A stretch of DNA of 64,000 nucleotides from Eledone cirrhosa (Eukaryota). The position numbers and the translations under genes were made by a program. Location of the stretch: assembly GCA_964016885.1 (NCBI GenBank), contig OZ024745.1, positions 118,544,001 through 118,608,000 on the forward strand, read 5' to 3'. Each line of letters starts with the position of its first letter. The stretch's first letter is position 1. The notes beneath the pieces are model-generated. The model saw only the letters and a list, made by a program, of their open reading frames with translations. It did not search any database and was not told where the DNA came from. This document shows, in pieces, positions 23,850-37,471 of this stretch.

Positions 23850-26800
23850 CCATACACCTCCCACCCGCCCCCACTCGCCACCATTATTACTTGGACCAAT
23901 CATAAGTCAGCGGCCTATATTATCACTTCTTAAGTTTAGATCTGGTTGCCTTTCGATATGATGGATGGACTACGGAATTCTGGAGAGTCTGAAAAATCTG
24001 GACACTCAGTGACAATGCAAAAGATAAAGATAAATTCACCTCAAGCTGCCGGACGAAAATGCAAGGACTCCTCCTCTTTATTTCGGCCGCGGATGGCCAA
24101 CATAACCCCATCTCTCTCACCCCTCCCTGCGCCCCACCATTCCCACCCACCAAACGCAATCCAAAACTTCAGAGTTGGTACCATGAATGTAGGCACTTTA
24201 AAAGATCGCTCTAACAAGGTTGTAGAAATGCTTGAACGTAAGGAGGTTGATGTTTGCTGTATCCAAGAGATCAGGTGGAGAGGTGGGTCTGATAGATTCA
24301 TTGTGGGTAAAAAACGATGCTATAAGCTTTTCTGGGTGGGAAATGACAATGGGCTGGGTGGAGTAGGAATCATGGTAGCAGAAAAATGGGCAGATAAGAT
24401 AATAGACGTAAATAGAGTGAATGACAGAATAATTAAAATAAGACTTGTCCTAAATAGAACTACTGTGACAATAATATCTGTGTACGCACCGCAATCCGGA
24501 CTGCCTGGCGCTATAAAAGACAGATTCTATGAGTCATTAATGCTCAATACCTCCCAAATAACCGACAGTGAGTACATAATTATTGCTGGTGACCTAAATG
24601 GTCACGTTGGACAACATTGTGACGGCTATGACGGAATCTATGGAGGCTTGGGTTTGGTACTAGAAATGAGGAAGGCTCCAGAATCCTGGAATTCTGTGAT
24701 GCAAATAATCTAACTATCTGTAACACTAACTTCAAAAAACGAGACAATCACTTGATCACCTGTAGATCAGGGGAACACGCCAGCCAGATAGATTATATCC
24801 TTACCAGAAGACGTGATAGAGTGTCAGTTGTAAACACTAAATCCCTCCCCCATGAAGAATGCACTCCCAACATAGACTCATAGTTAGTGACCTCATAGTC
24901 AGGACAAGACGTACTCGACAACAGAGGAGGACTTCCTCAGGAGAAAAATATGGAAGCTAAAGGACCCCACAGCCAGTAATAAATTTAAAAGCATATTACT
25001 TGATGTTTTTGACAGTAAGGAAGAGCAATTAGCGTCGTACAATATTTGTGGGAATTCCTGAAAGCTAACCTGCTGAAGGCAACAGATGAAATCTGTGGCT
25101 GGAACAGACCTATAGGCAGGAGGAGAGTAACGTGGTGGTGGAACAGTAAGGTGGAGGAGTCAATCAAGGCCAAAAAGCAGGCTTGGAAAGTATGGCGGGA
25201 TGGGGGAAGTAGAGAAGACTATCAAATGGCCAGGAGGGAAGCTAGGAGACAAGTGTACTTCGCAAGAAGGGAAGCAGAGGAAAGAAAGTTCAAGCATATT
25301 CTACAACGCGAGGACCAAAGACGTGAGGTGTTCAGGATTGCTAGGCAGTGTGTCAAGGGAAACTGTGATATTGTCGGGGAGAAGTGTATCCTTAATGATG
25401 ATGGTGTACTTACCATCACTGACGCTGATAAGAAGGTAGCTTGGAAGTGTCACTACGAAAGGCTACTAAATGAGGAGAATAAATGGGAGAAAGACAGTCT
25501 CCCCCACATCGATCCAATAGAGGGACCAGCAGTGCAAGTTGAAGGTAGTATAATAAGTAAGGTAATCAAAGATATGAAGACGGGCAAGGCGACTGGGCCT
25601 TCGGAAATAGTTGCTGAAATGCTGAAAGCATCTGGAACGGTGGGACACACTATGGTCACCCGGATAGTAAACTAAGTCATACAGAATGGGGTCGTACCGA
25701 AGGACTGGCGTAGCATCATCATCTGCTACAAGGGTAAAGGAGATGCCTTAGATAGGGGAAACTATAGAGGCATTAAATTAATTGACCAGGTCATGAAGGT
25801 CACAGAAAAAGTAATAGCGCAACTAATCAGAGAGCGAATTGATCTGGATGAAATGCAGTTTGGGTTTGTGTCAGGTAAAAGTACCACAGACGCTCTTTTC
25901 ATTGTACAACAACTGCAGGAGAAGTACCTAGCTAAAAGTAAACCCCTATACTTAGCTTTTGTTGACTTGGAGAAAGCTTTGACAGAGTCCCATGCCCCAT
26001 TATCTAGTGGGCTCTCAGAAAACTAGGTGTTGATGAATGGCTTGTGAGAGCTATACAAGCCATGTATAAAGAAACAGTCAGCAAGGTTAGAATTAACAAC
26101 GAATATAGTGAAGACTTTAGCGTAAAAGTTGGTGTTCATCAGGGCTCTGTCCTTAGCCCCCTCCTATTTATTATTGCCCTTCAGGCTAGAACAGAGGAGT
26201 TCAAGACCGGCTGCCCATGGGAACTCCTATACGCTGATGATCTAACACTTATAGCTGAATCAATGGCTGAACTAGAGAAGAATTCCAAACATGGAAGCAT
26301 GGCCTAGAATCAAAATGCCTTAAAGTTAACTTGTAAAAGACTAATGTCCTAATATGTAGGAAGGAGAATAGAGCACTGGTCCCATCTGAGAAATGGCCAT
26401 GCTCAGTGTGTAGGAAAGGAGTAGGAAGAAACTCCATTTTATGACCCAAATGCAAAGTATGGGTGCATAAAAGATGTAGTGGGATCACAGGTAAGCTAAC
26501 TAAGAATATAGATTTTATATGTGGCCGGTGTTCAGGTGCAATAAGTAGCAGCAAGTGCCCACAGAATACTAGCCCATTCCATTGCACAGATGGTTCTATA
26601 GAAATAATGGACACCTTCCGTTACCTGGGTGACAAAATCAGCAGTGGTGGAGGGTGCTCTGAAAGTACAGTAGCTAGAGTCAGAACAGGATGGAAAAAGT
26701 TCAGAGAGCCTATACCACTATTGGCCGCTAAAAGTTTCTCTCTAACAAAGAAAGGCAGACTATATGATGCCTGCATACGAACAGCAATGTTACATGGCAG

Positions 26801-27555
26801 TGAGACTTGGGCATTGTGTGCAGAGGATCTATGCAGACTGGAGAGGAACGAAGCTTGCATGCTCTGTATCGGCAAAGCATACGTGAATGGCAAAGCATAA
26901 ATGAACTAAGTGAGAAATTAGGAATAAGAGGGATCAGATGCTGTTTACTCGAGAGAAGACTACGTTGGTATGGTCACATGATGCGCATGAAAGATGACAG
27001 CTGGATAAAAAAGTGCGATCAAAATAGACGGTAACCACGGAGTAGGCAGACCCAGAAAAACGTGGGACGACTTGATAAATTCCGACCTCACACACTTACA
27101 CCTCTCCAAGACAATGTCACTGGACCGAGATGTTTGGCGTTACACAGTAATACAGAAGACCCGCCTTGCCTAAGTGCAAAGCGAAACCTACAGTCAGTAG
27201 GCACCTCTTACCAAAATACAACCCATCCCACTACCCCCACCCTATCCACACCACCCCTTTCTCTGTAAAGTTATGTTGGTACCACAACACCCAGTGCTAA
27301 ATAAATGAGGTCGTGTAGGTATCACGACAAAAAAACACAGTTCACGCTGTAATGTTGTCGTGTAGGTAACACGGTAAAAACCTCCCAGTCCACACTGTAA
27401 ACGTGGTTGGTGTTAGGAAGGGCATCCAGCCGTAGAAAACTCGCCAGACAGTCCTATACGAGCAAGACAACCACTCTTGCCTCAAGTGGAAAAATTCCCG
27501 TCCAAACCCATGCTAGCGTGGAAGATGGACGTTAAACGATGATGATGATGATGAT
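23850..27555 (+). mobile_element. Near full-length RTE-clade LINE, disrupted
   Basis: Single long ORF remnant with APE and RT domains, a 3'UTR of about 370 bp and a (GAT)n tail. The 5' boundary is approximate. Confidence 0.95.
24015..27173 (+). pseudogene. RTE ORF (AP endonuclease, reverse transcriptase, PHD-like insert) with several frameshifts and stops
   Basis: APE motifs TMNVGTL, CCIQEIRW, ISVYAPQ, AGDLNGHVG, QIDYIL. RT motifs QFGFVSGKSTTDA, FVDLEKA, GVHQGSVLSPLLF, LLYADD, FRYLG. C-terminal RRLRWYGH..GRPRKTW. Confidence 0.95.
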
Positions 27556-27631
27556 GTGTTAAATATATTTTTCCCTCTTTCTACGTCCTCGCACATGCAC
27601 GCATATGCACGCACATGTATGTGTGTGTAAA

Positions 27632-27948
27632 GGTGCATAGCTTAGTGATTAGTACATTGGGCTTACAATGGTGAGGTTCTGAGTTCTATTCCCAGACTGG
27701 GTGATGTGTTATGTTCTTGAGCAAGAAACTTTATTTCACGTTGCTCCAGTTCTCTCAGCTGTAGAAATGAGTTACGATGTCACTAGTGTCGTGTTCTATC
27801 TGCCTATGCCTTCCCTTTGGGCCACATTGGTGGCATGGAGGGGTGAGACTGGCATGCATGGGCAGCTATTGGTCTTCCACAAACAATGGAGGGGAACTTT
27901 CTATGTGCAAATCTTATGGTCATTCATGACTGAAGGGAATCCTTTTTT
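27632..27948 (+). mobile_element. CORE-type SINE variant
   Basis: tRNA-like head, CORE segment, then a body matching 15470-15773. Confidence 0.7.
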
Positions 27949-27954
27949 ATGTAT

Positions 27955-28170
27955 GTATGGGTAAAGAAGTGACAAGAAATGCCAGTAGAAGGAAGGTGCA
28001 GTAGAAGTAGACTACGAAAAACATGGACGGAGGTGGTGAGAGGTGACTTCAGATTGCTGAAGCTCACAGGGGAGATGACGAAGGAACGTGACGAATGGAG
28101 AGATGCTGTGCTGAATAGAACCCGTCCCACCTTGCAACCAGGGAAAAGCGGACGTAAAATGATGATTATT
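27955..28170 (+). mobile_element. RTE 3' fragment (short-3'UTR family)
   Basis: MPVEGRCSRSRLRKTWTEVV..ggacgtaaaatgatga. Confidence 0.8.
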
Positions 28171-28290
28171 ATATATATATAAAGTATATATATACATATA
28201 TATGTATATATATATATGTATATATATATATATGTATAAAGTACCAGTAATACACTGGGTAATTGCTGGCCTTGTGACAAAAGTAGAAAC

Positions 28291-28337
<47 letters not shown>

Positions 28338-28963
28338 AAAAATTTTCAAATGACAATCACAGAGATACAAAACAAATGTCTCAGACTTTAGTCCTTTGTC
28401 AGGAGCATACATGTAGAAAGAAAAAAAATAAAGGGTTAAATTGTGCTGTGCTCATTTTCTAGAATTTGGTAACTTTCTTTAACCTGGCAAAAATCAGCTC
28501 TGGTTCTATGAAATAAAGCCACCCATTTTAAAGGTTTCCAATTTAAGTTAAAATCTTCCAACATAATTTTGAAAATTTTGTTTAAGAACCTTACATTAAG
28601 TTACTATCTTAGTTATGAAATAATTATTTCATTACTAATTATGATTAATAATTTTAATAAATCCCTCAAAATTCTTCATTAACTAATTGAAATTGTGTAT
28701 TTCATTAGAAATATAGTCATGAAAGGGTTAATATCTGATTTTTTAATGACCATCTTTCCCAGATGACAGATGGATGTCACAGACTGTTTGTCTAATTAAC
28801 CCGTTTGATACCAACCCACCCAAAACCAGTCCCGATTCTATGAAATGAAAGCACTTATTTTAAAGAGTTTCTATTTTAGATTTACTTTATTTTACTTCTG
28901 TTAAATTACGTTACAAATGCCATCTTAATGATGAAATGGATTGGCAGAATAGTTAGTTTTTAA

Positions 28964-29184
28964 CCCTTTTGATACCAACCCACTCAAAACCGGCTCTGAT
29001 TCTATGAAACAAAACTACTCATTTTAAGTGGTTCCTATTTAAATTAAAATCTTCCAGCATAATTTTATATAAAAATCATCATATTTTAAGTTACTATCTT
29101 AGTAATGAAAGAATTAATAATTTTAGTAATCCTAAAAAAAAAAATTCTTCAATAACTTACGTTAAAAATATAGTAATGAAAAGG
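28964..29184. mobile_element. TTAA-flanked MITE
   Basis: ttaa|cccttttgatacc ... atgaaaagg|ttaa. Confidence 0.6.
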
Positions 29185-29369
29185 TTAAGAGAAATTTTGG
29201 AGGTTTTTTTTCATATATCTAATTTTCTGGGAGGTATTTTGTCAATTTATTTATATATGTAGTGGAGGGCATTTCTAATTGTTAAGTTTCTTTTAAAAAT
29301 ATTGGTGTAGTGCAGTATTTTGTGGATGCTACCTAAGCTCTTTAAAACAATGTATAGTACATGATGATG

Positions 29370-29745
29370 ATAATTGCTTCTACTTTTGACACAAGGCCAG
29401 CAATTACACCCAGTGCATTACTGGTACTTTATTTTATCGACCCTGTAAGGATGAAAGGCAAAGTTAACCTCGTGGGATTTGAACTCTATGCAGCAAAGCA
29501 TGGTGTCTGATGCTCTACCGATACTATAATGGTTTCTACTTTAAGCACAAGACCAGCAATTTGAAGAGGAAGGGAAGTTGATTAAATTGACCCCATTGTG
29601 TGACTGGTACTTTATTTTATCGATGCTGTAAGGATGAAAGGCAAAGTTAACCTTGGTGGGATTTGAATTCAGAACGTAAAGGGCCATAACTATGCTGCAA
29701 AGCATGGTGTCTGGCGCTCTACCGATACTGTCAATCCACCACCCC
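29370..29745 (-). mobile_element. Two tandem Nin-like SINEs
   Basis: The core ttttatcgaccc..aaggatgaaaggcaaagttaacc occurs twice. Confidence 0.8.
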
Positions 29746-30038
29746 CATGATGATGATGGCAACAGTCATGCTGGTATATAAACTGGAGTGTTATTTACAT
29801 GAAATTTCTCATGAAAGCAATCAATATTTGGTGTAGTTGTAGTATTTTTCCGCTCTACTTTAGTGTTTGATATGAAGCAGGTTTATGGTGTTGTTTAGAA
29901 TGTTAATTATGCGTACATTAAGTGACAAATTTGCTGAGTTGTTACAACATTGGATACAATGTTTTGCCGTATTCATTGCGACTCACTACACTCTGAGTTG
30001 CAATCATACTCATGTCATTTCATTCTTTAGAGGTCAAA

Positions 30039-30088
<50 letters not shown>

Positions 30089-31069
30089 TCTTCTACTGGA
30101 GTCAATTTATTCCTCTATATCTCAAGTGTCAAGTCAAGAGTATTCCAACTATACAGCCATATAAAAGATCAACTGGTGGTGTGAGTAGGTTATGCCTGGA
30201 AGGAAGGTTGGCTGGTAAGAGAAGCAGAAGCCGGCAGCCAAAACGATGGCTTGATAATGTCAATTTATGGACTTGACTTGATCTTTGCTCTTTGAACTCT
30301 GTTGCTGGTGATCAAACTTTATGGAGAGAGATATCTCATGATGTGCAGTCAGCAACTGGCGGAGTTTAGCGTCACAAGAAGTCTTTCTCTCAAAGAAATC
30401 GACAGTGTTTGGACTTGGAGAGGGATGACCTCCACCAGACTAAAAATACTCAAGAAACGTTGTATGGTGTCCCTTTGACTACACAAGGAGTTAAAAGTCT
30501 ATACACACACGTCTTTTACTTTTGTTTTAAGTATATTTACTATCACTTAAAAAGAGGGTTCCCAGGTGTTGCATTTTTGTAATACAAAATTGAATCTAAT
30601 TTGGCCTTAGAATATGTGCAGTATACATTTCATTTAATTATTGTTTACCCAGTTGACTGAATAAGAAGAAGAATTATCTTCCTTAGAACTCGCATCTTGT
30701 TAATATTTCTTTGATTTTTGAACTAGACTATAAGTCTGTTATCTAGTCTGTTTCTACTAGGGCTAGATTAGTACTTACTATTTCTTTTCTGATTAAATTC
30801 ATAAATAATTATGTCTATATGATTGTGTATCTGTTATTGATTACATTTTTTTTCTGTGTAATTTTTTATAAAACGATATTCTGTGCGACTTTTCTGAGTA
30901 AAAATTTAATGATATATTCATTCTAATAATCACATTTATGTATATGGGTTTTATTGACTATTGGTGTTAACATAATATAACCATTTTATTGTATTATTTG
31001 TTTTTATTTTTGCTGGGGAATATTAGAATTAAGTTATTAACAAACATGCTTTGGTATATAGTTGATGAT

Positions 31070-31119
<50 letters not shown>

Positions 31120-31180
31120 TTTTTATATATACATACACATATACATATATATAATTTTATATATACATATATATATATAT

Positions 31181-31958
31181 CTAAGTGAGAAATTAGGTAA
31201 AGAGGATCTACACAGACTGGAGAGGAACGAAGCTTGCATGCTCCGTTGGATGTGTAATAGTAATATACGTGAACGGCAAAGCATAAATGAACTAAGTGAG
31301 AAATTAGGAATAAGAGGGATCAGATGCTGTTTACTCAAGAGAAGACTACGTTGGTATGGTCACGTGATGCGCATGAAAGACGACAGCTGTATAAAAAAGT
31401 GCAGGGCGATCAAAATTGACGGAAGTTATGGAGTAGGCAGACCCAGAAAAACCTGGGATGATTTGATAAATTTCGACTTTACACACTTACACCTCTCTAA
31501 GACAATGTCACTAGAACGAGATCTTTGGCGCTACGCAGTAATACAAAAAAGCCGCCTTGCCTAAGTACAAAGCGAAACCTACAGTCAATAGACACCTCTT
31601 AATCAAATATACACCCCCATCCCACTACCCCAACTCCCTCACCCCCACCAACACCACTCCTTTCTCTGTAAAGTTATGTTGGTACCACAACATCCAGTCC
31701 TAAATAAATGAGGTCGTGTAGGTGTCACGACAAAAAAACACAGTCCACGCTGTAATGTGGCCATGTAGGTAACACGGTAAAAACCTCCCAGTCCACACTG
31801 TAAACATGGTTGGTGTTAGGAAGGGCATCCAGCCGTAGAAAACCTGCCAGACAGTCCTATATGAGTGAGACAACCAATCTTGCCTCAAGTGAGACAATTA
31901 CCGTCTAAACCCATGCTAGCGTGGAAGATAGACGTTAAATGATGATGATGATGATGAT
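31181..31958 (+). mobile_element. RTE LINE 3' fragment
   Basis: EDLHRLERNEACMLRWMC...RRLRWYGHVMRM...GRPRKTW, then the 3'UTR and (GAT)n tail. Confidence 0.92.
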
Positions 31959-32467
31959 AATATATATATATATATATATACACCCACACACACGTTTGTT
32001 GTTATATATATATATATAAATAAGCAAAAATAAATTGAAATAAAAACATGTTGATTTTGTTGTTCTGTAATGAGGTCAATGGAAGAAAAAACCCATTACA
32101 GAGCACACTTATACAAGAATATTACAAAAACTACATTATTTATATATTGTAAAACATATGACAAGGTACAGAAGTAATCGGAATATAAAAATATTACCTA
32201 CATTACTTGTTATACCTAAATTATACCTATTCAGCTGTTTAGAACCTAAAAGAAAAAATCCACCAATTACCATGTTTAAAAAAACAAGGTAGAATTAATG
32301 AACTCATCCATATATATATGCCATCAAGGCTTTGAGGAAACAACACCAATAACCCACCAAAAATAAACAACACCAATAACCCACCAAAAATAAACAACAC
32401 CCACAGAATGGAAACTGCATGAGTTATTGCATGAGTTATTTTTCTTCACGTAATCATTTGTTCACGT

Positions 32468-32535
32468 AATGGCTATCTGATGAGGTTGTAACTGCTGCAT
32501 AACAGTTACCATTGAAATACGTATAACAGTGATTC
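32468..32535 (+). ncRNA. Hammerhead-like motif with partly decayed stem I
   Basis: aatggctat-CTGATGA-ggtt-gtaactg..cagttac-catt-GAAA-T-ACGT-A-TA-acagtgatt. The ACGT loop III is palindromic. Confidence 0.55.
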
Positions 32536-32699
32536 TATAATCAATAAAATAAGGTAAATTCTAACCTATTGGCTTCTACTACAATGTTATACTAATTCTC
32601 CAGAGTACACAGACCTACATATATATTTGATTGAGGGCTCAAATAATAACAGAGATATGTGATTTGTTAATTTTGTGTTAGTTAAACTGTCTGTCTCGA

Positions 32700-32936
32700 A
32701 CCATGTGGCTCATCAGGCTGGTGCTTATTCCGGTTTTCATGTCTCTGGACAGGATGCTAGTCCATCACGGGGTTAAACTCCCAGCTATTGCTGGTACTCA
32801 TTTCCATCTGAGTATACTGAAGCAACATGAAATGAAGTGTTTTGCTCAAGAACACAACACACAACCCAGTCTAGGAATTGAACCCACAACATTATGATCA
32901 TAAGTCCAACACCCTTACCACAAGACCATGGACCTC
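32700..32936 (-). mobile_element. Older CORE plus V-domain-like SINE
   Basis: Similar to 38175-38573. Confidence 0.6.
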
Positions 32937-32975
32937 AATATATATATATATGTGTGTGTGTGTATATATATCACA

Positions 32976-33305
<330 letters not shown>

Positions 33306-33427
33306 GGAGTTGTATTTAATTTGTTGGAATTCCGACAAACATAAATGTTTATAGAGCACTCAACAAGTTACTGGAGTAAATATTCCAAGATAATAATAAA
33401 TGGAAACTATATTTATAAAACAATATT

Positions 33428-33492
33428 TATTTTATTATATATATTTCAAGGGCGACCAAGCAAATCTTGGTGCGCTTTCATCAGATAAAATA
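33428..33492 (-). ncRNA. Apparently intact minimal type I hammerhead ribozyme
   Basis: Minus strand: tattttat-CTGATGA-aagcgc-accaag-atttg-cttggt-cgccctt-GAAA-T-ATAT-A-TA-ataaaata. It has an 8-bp perfect stem I, a paired stem II and a palindromic loop III. Confidence 0.75.
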
Positions 33493-35227
33493 CAAAATTT
33501 GTTTTATAAATAATGACATACCCATGGAAATCACACCTTAACGGTCCGAAGATTCGCTGGATAGTGGAGACTTAGAGGTAATTCAAAGTTGTGTGTGAAT
33601 ATGCAAATAAATGTATGAAACATTGAAAAAACAACCGTTTATTTAAACTACACTGGGGGAGGATGAGAAGAAAGAGAGAGCGAAAAAATTACCGTTATGA
33701 GATATATAGAAAAATAGAGAGAAGAGAGAAATTTAACAAAAGATGAACTCATATAACATAAATAAGTCTTAAATTTATATTAAAGTTACGTATATTTAGT
33801 AATTATTTTGTTGTTAGAATTCTAATATAATACAATATAATATTAAGTTTTATAGGTAAAAAGAAAAATATATATATAGAAAAAATAGATATATAGAAAA
33901 AATAGATATATAGAAAAATTAAATATATATATAAGAATATATATTGAAAATATAATATATATTGAAAAATAAATTGAGAGTGAAAAATATAGATAGAAGA
34001 ATAGATATATGAATAGAGGAATGGATATATGAGTGGATATATGGGTATATTCTGTTATAGATAATTATTTTAATAATTTATGAGGGATACTGGTTTATAT
34101 TTATATTTAGTGTAAGTAATTAAATTAACTGAGTTAATATGAATATTTATGTTTTCAATATTTTAAATATTTTAAATTGGAAAGATAGTGAAAATCCCAA
34201 TTTTGTTTATTTAGTAGTTAGTATGAGACCATTTTGATGAAGATATAAGTTTTGAAAGATATATTTAGCCAGAATTAGTTATTGGTTACATTAAAAAATA
34301 TTTAAAAATATTTAAAAATATTAAAAATATTAAAATATTAGAAAATATAAAAAAATATAAAATATAAAAAAATATTAAAAGTCCTGGAAAAAAGTTTTTA
34401 AAAAAAATGTTTAAGAATCTCAAAAGATACTCCAAAAAAACCTTTTTAAAAAATAGTTAAACTATTTAAAATGTTTAAAATTATATATATATATATAACA
34501 AATATTAAATGAAAACAGTCATGTGATATATATATATATAAACACTCACACACACAAGTGTTTAATATCATTAAGTAGAACATAGATATATTTCATCAAA
34601 ATATCTGCGATATATATATTTTTCTTGTTGCCAAGTATTCTGTTTGTAATTTGGTAAATTAGAAGCAGGCATAAATGAATTACATAGGTGGGGAAATGAC
34701 AGAAGCATTTGAGCATCAACAGTCATAAGTGAATTGACAGAGTGATGAAATGGCAGAATCATAAGAACATCAGCTTACCCTAACCCCTCACTGTGTGGCT
34801 TAGTGGTTAGAGTGTTGAGCTCAGAATTGTAAGGTTGTGAGTTTGAATCCTAAACTCTAACCCCTGAATGTGAAGGTGTGTGGTTTAGTGGTTAGAGTGT
34901 TGACCTCAGAATCGTAAGGTTATGAGTTTGAATCCCAAACCAGCTGATGTCAACTTTATCTTTTATCCTGTTGGGGTCGATTGATAAAACACCAGCCCAT
35001 GGTTGGTGGATTGGTAGAATTGTTAAAATGGATGTTTTAAGCTATCTGTTCTAAATAAACAAATCTGTCCTTTTGAGTGGCTGCTAATTCTAGCAGATCA
35101 AGTAACTAAATATATAAATATAGTATGTATAGTAAGCCATGACCTCTTTATTGAATTTAAACATAATGTATCAAAGATTACATTACCTAATGTGGCCTTT
35201 TTTTTAACATGATAGCATGTGATTTAA

Positions 35228-35404
35228 CCCTTTAGCATTTAAACCAGCTGTAACCAGCCACTCATACTGATGTTACAGTAATATTCTCAAAATAAATTAT
35301 ATCGAAATCTTGTAGATTTGATATTATGTGAGATAATTATGTGAGGTAAAGCCTTTAATGTGAAAATACAATTGTAAATATAGAGTAATGTAAATGCTAA
35401 AAGG
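35228..35404. mobile_element. piggyBac-like MITE
   Basis: TTAA on both sides. TIRs ccctttagcattta / taaatgctaaaagg. Confidence 0.75.
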
Positions 35405-36264
35405 TTAAAGAAAATTTGATTTCTATTTCTATTAGGTTGGTAGAGTCCCTTCCACAGGTTTATATCCATATGTTGTCTCACTGTTAGCTGATGGTACATG
35501 TTTTGGACTATCATCTTACTAGTGAAACGTTAGAGAATAACTTTTCTGTCTCTATTGATGCAAGAGTGAAATTGTAGTGTGATTATTCTAAGGCTGGCTT
35601 GATCAAATTTATCTCAAAATAGTTGGGTATGGATGGTAGGCTACACAATAGATCTATTTTATTAGGTGAGATTGTAGCAATTTGGGAGGTAGCTGGCTTA
35701 ATTGAATATTTCATTAGTAAAATTACTTCATGTGTATAGCTGAGGGAAAAGCTGGGTTTAAAAGGAATCCAAAGTGGTGTGCTGGTACAGACATGTGATG
35801 CACATAGATAATGATGGGTGAAGATATGTCAGGAAATGCCAGTGGAAGGAAGTTGCAGTAGAGGTAGACCGAGAAAGACCTGGGCAGAGGTGGTGAGAGC
35901 TGACCTCAAATCACTGAGGTTCATAGAGGAGATGACAAAGAAACACAAATGGAGATATGTTGTGCTGAGAAGGGCTTGTGCAACTTATGAGAGCGTGGAA
36001 AATGATCATGATGATGATACATGCACATACACACATATAGACATATGCTTACAGACACACATATAGATATATGCTTACACACGCACACACACACGTCTGC
36101 ATGCATTTCTTACAAGAAATTTTACATAAGCGGAATGGCAAGCCTATTTAATTGGCCACAGTTGGTAGACACATTATTCTAGCAAGAACTGAAATGAGAA
36201 TTGAGAAGCACATGACTAGAAGTTTACCAACCAACTACTTGTTTCAAATATCACCTAGATAGAG

Positions 36265-36712
36265 CACTAGAAGTTGATGGAAACCACGGAGTGGGGAGAC
36301 CCAAGATGACCTGGGATGAGGTGATAAAAGCCGACCTTACCCAATTACACCTCTCAAAAGCAATGACACACGACCGTGACCTCTGGCGTCACGCAGTAAT
36401 ACAGAGTACCCGACCTCCCATGGGTACAAGCTGAAGCATATAGACAATATGCCCCCACCGCAAAGTGGTCGTGGAGGTGCCACGGCAAAAAAGCACCCAG
36501 CCCACACTGTAAAGTGGACGTGTAGGCGCCACGGAAAAAAAGGCACCCAGCACTCACTGTAAATGAGGTTGGTGTTAGGAAGGGCATCCAGCTGTAGAAA
36601 TCAAGCCAAATCAGTTCCAGTATGAGCAAGGCATGGACAGCCGACCAGACACTGCTCACAACAGGACAACCCGTCTAACCCATGCTAGCGTGGAAGAACG
36701 GACGTAAAACGG

Positions 36713-36741
<29 letters not shown>
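36265..36741 (+). mobile_element. RTE 3' fragment (variant 3'UTR)
   Basis: GRPKMTWDEVI remnant, ttggtgttaggaagggcatccagc, (GAT)n tail. Confidence 0.8.
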
Positions 36742-36743
<2 letters not shown>

Positions 36744-37014
36744 ATATACCCAAACTTACACACACACACATATTCACATGTGTCGAGTTCCTACATTGGA
36801 TTTTCACACTGGAAATGGATTTTTACCCAGACTCTAGTTGTACTTGGATATCATTTTGCTTATATACGTACGTATACACACATACATATTTACATACATA
36901 CATATACACACACACACATAATATTGCTTCTCTGTGTGATTCCATTCATTGAAATGTTTAAGTATTAGGGACTAATTAACCTTTAATTAATATATATGTA
37001 TATGTATGTATATA

Positions 37015-37471
37015 CGAGGGTAATCCCAAAAGTAAGGTCTCCAAAGCGATGGGGATGCAGAGATATTGCAACTTTTCCGTTAAAATCCTGTGGTGGTGCT
37101 TTGGGAAACCTCAGGAACCAAATTGACGGTCTCCCGCTCCTTTGTTCGTCGTGAATTTCAGTATGACCGGCTGTAAACTCTCTACACCATGCACAACTGT
37201 CCATACACTTCCGGCAATTGGAGATGAATTTCAATCGGTTCAATGCGTTTGCGTTCAAAAACCGAATAACTGCGCGAACTTCGCACTTGGCGGTAGTGTT
37301 CAACGGGAGCTCCATTCTCAACGGCTGCCAAGCTAAGATTAAGCATCCCAGCGAAGCGCGCGCATGCTTGTTTGGGAGTGAAGGAAGCACCAATCACAAC
37401 AGTGTTGCCAACAGCCGTACGAACAGTTTATCCCCATCACTTTGGAGACCTTACTTTTGGGATTACCCTCG
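37015..37471 (-). mobile_element. Internally deleted mariner element (457 bp)
   Basis: TIRs of about 42 bp, cgagggtaatcccaaaagtaaggtctccaaagYgatggggat (1 mismatch), with TA on both sides. Mariner HTH remnant AKCEVRAVIRFLNA..PIEIH.QL.EVYG..WCREF..DEQRSGRPS. Confidence 0.92.
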
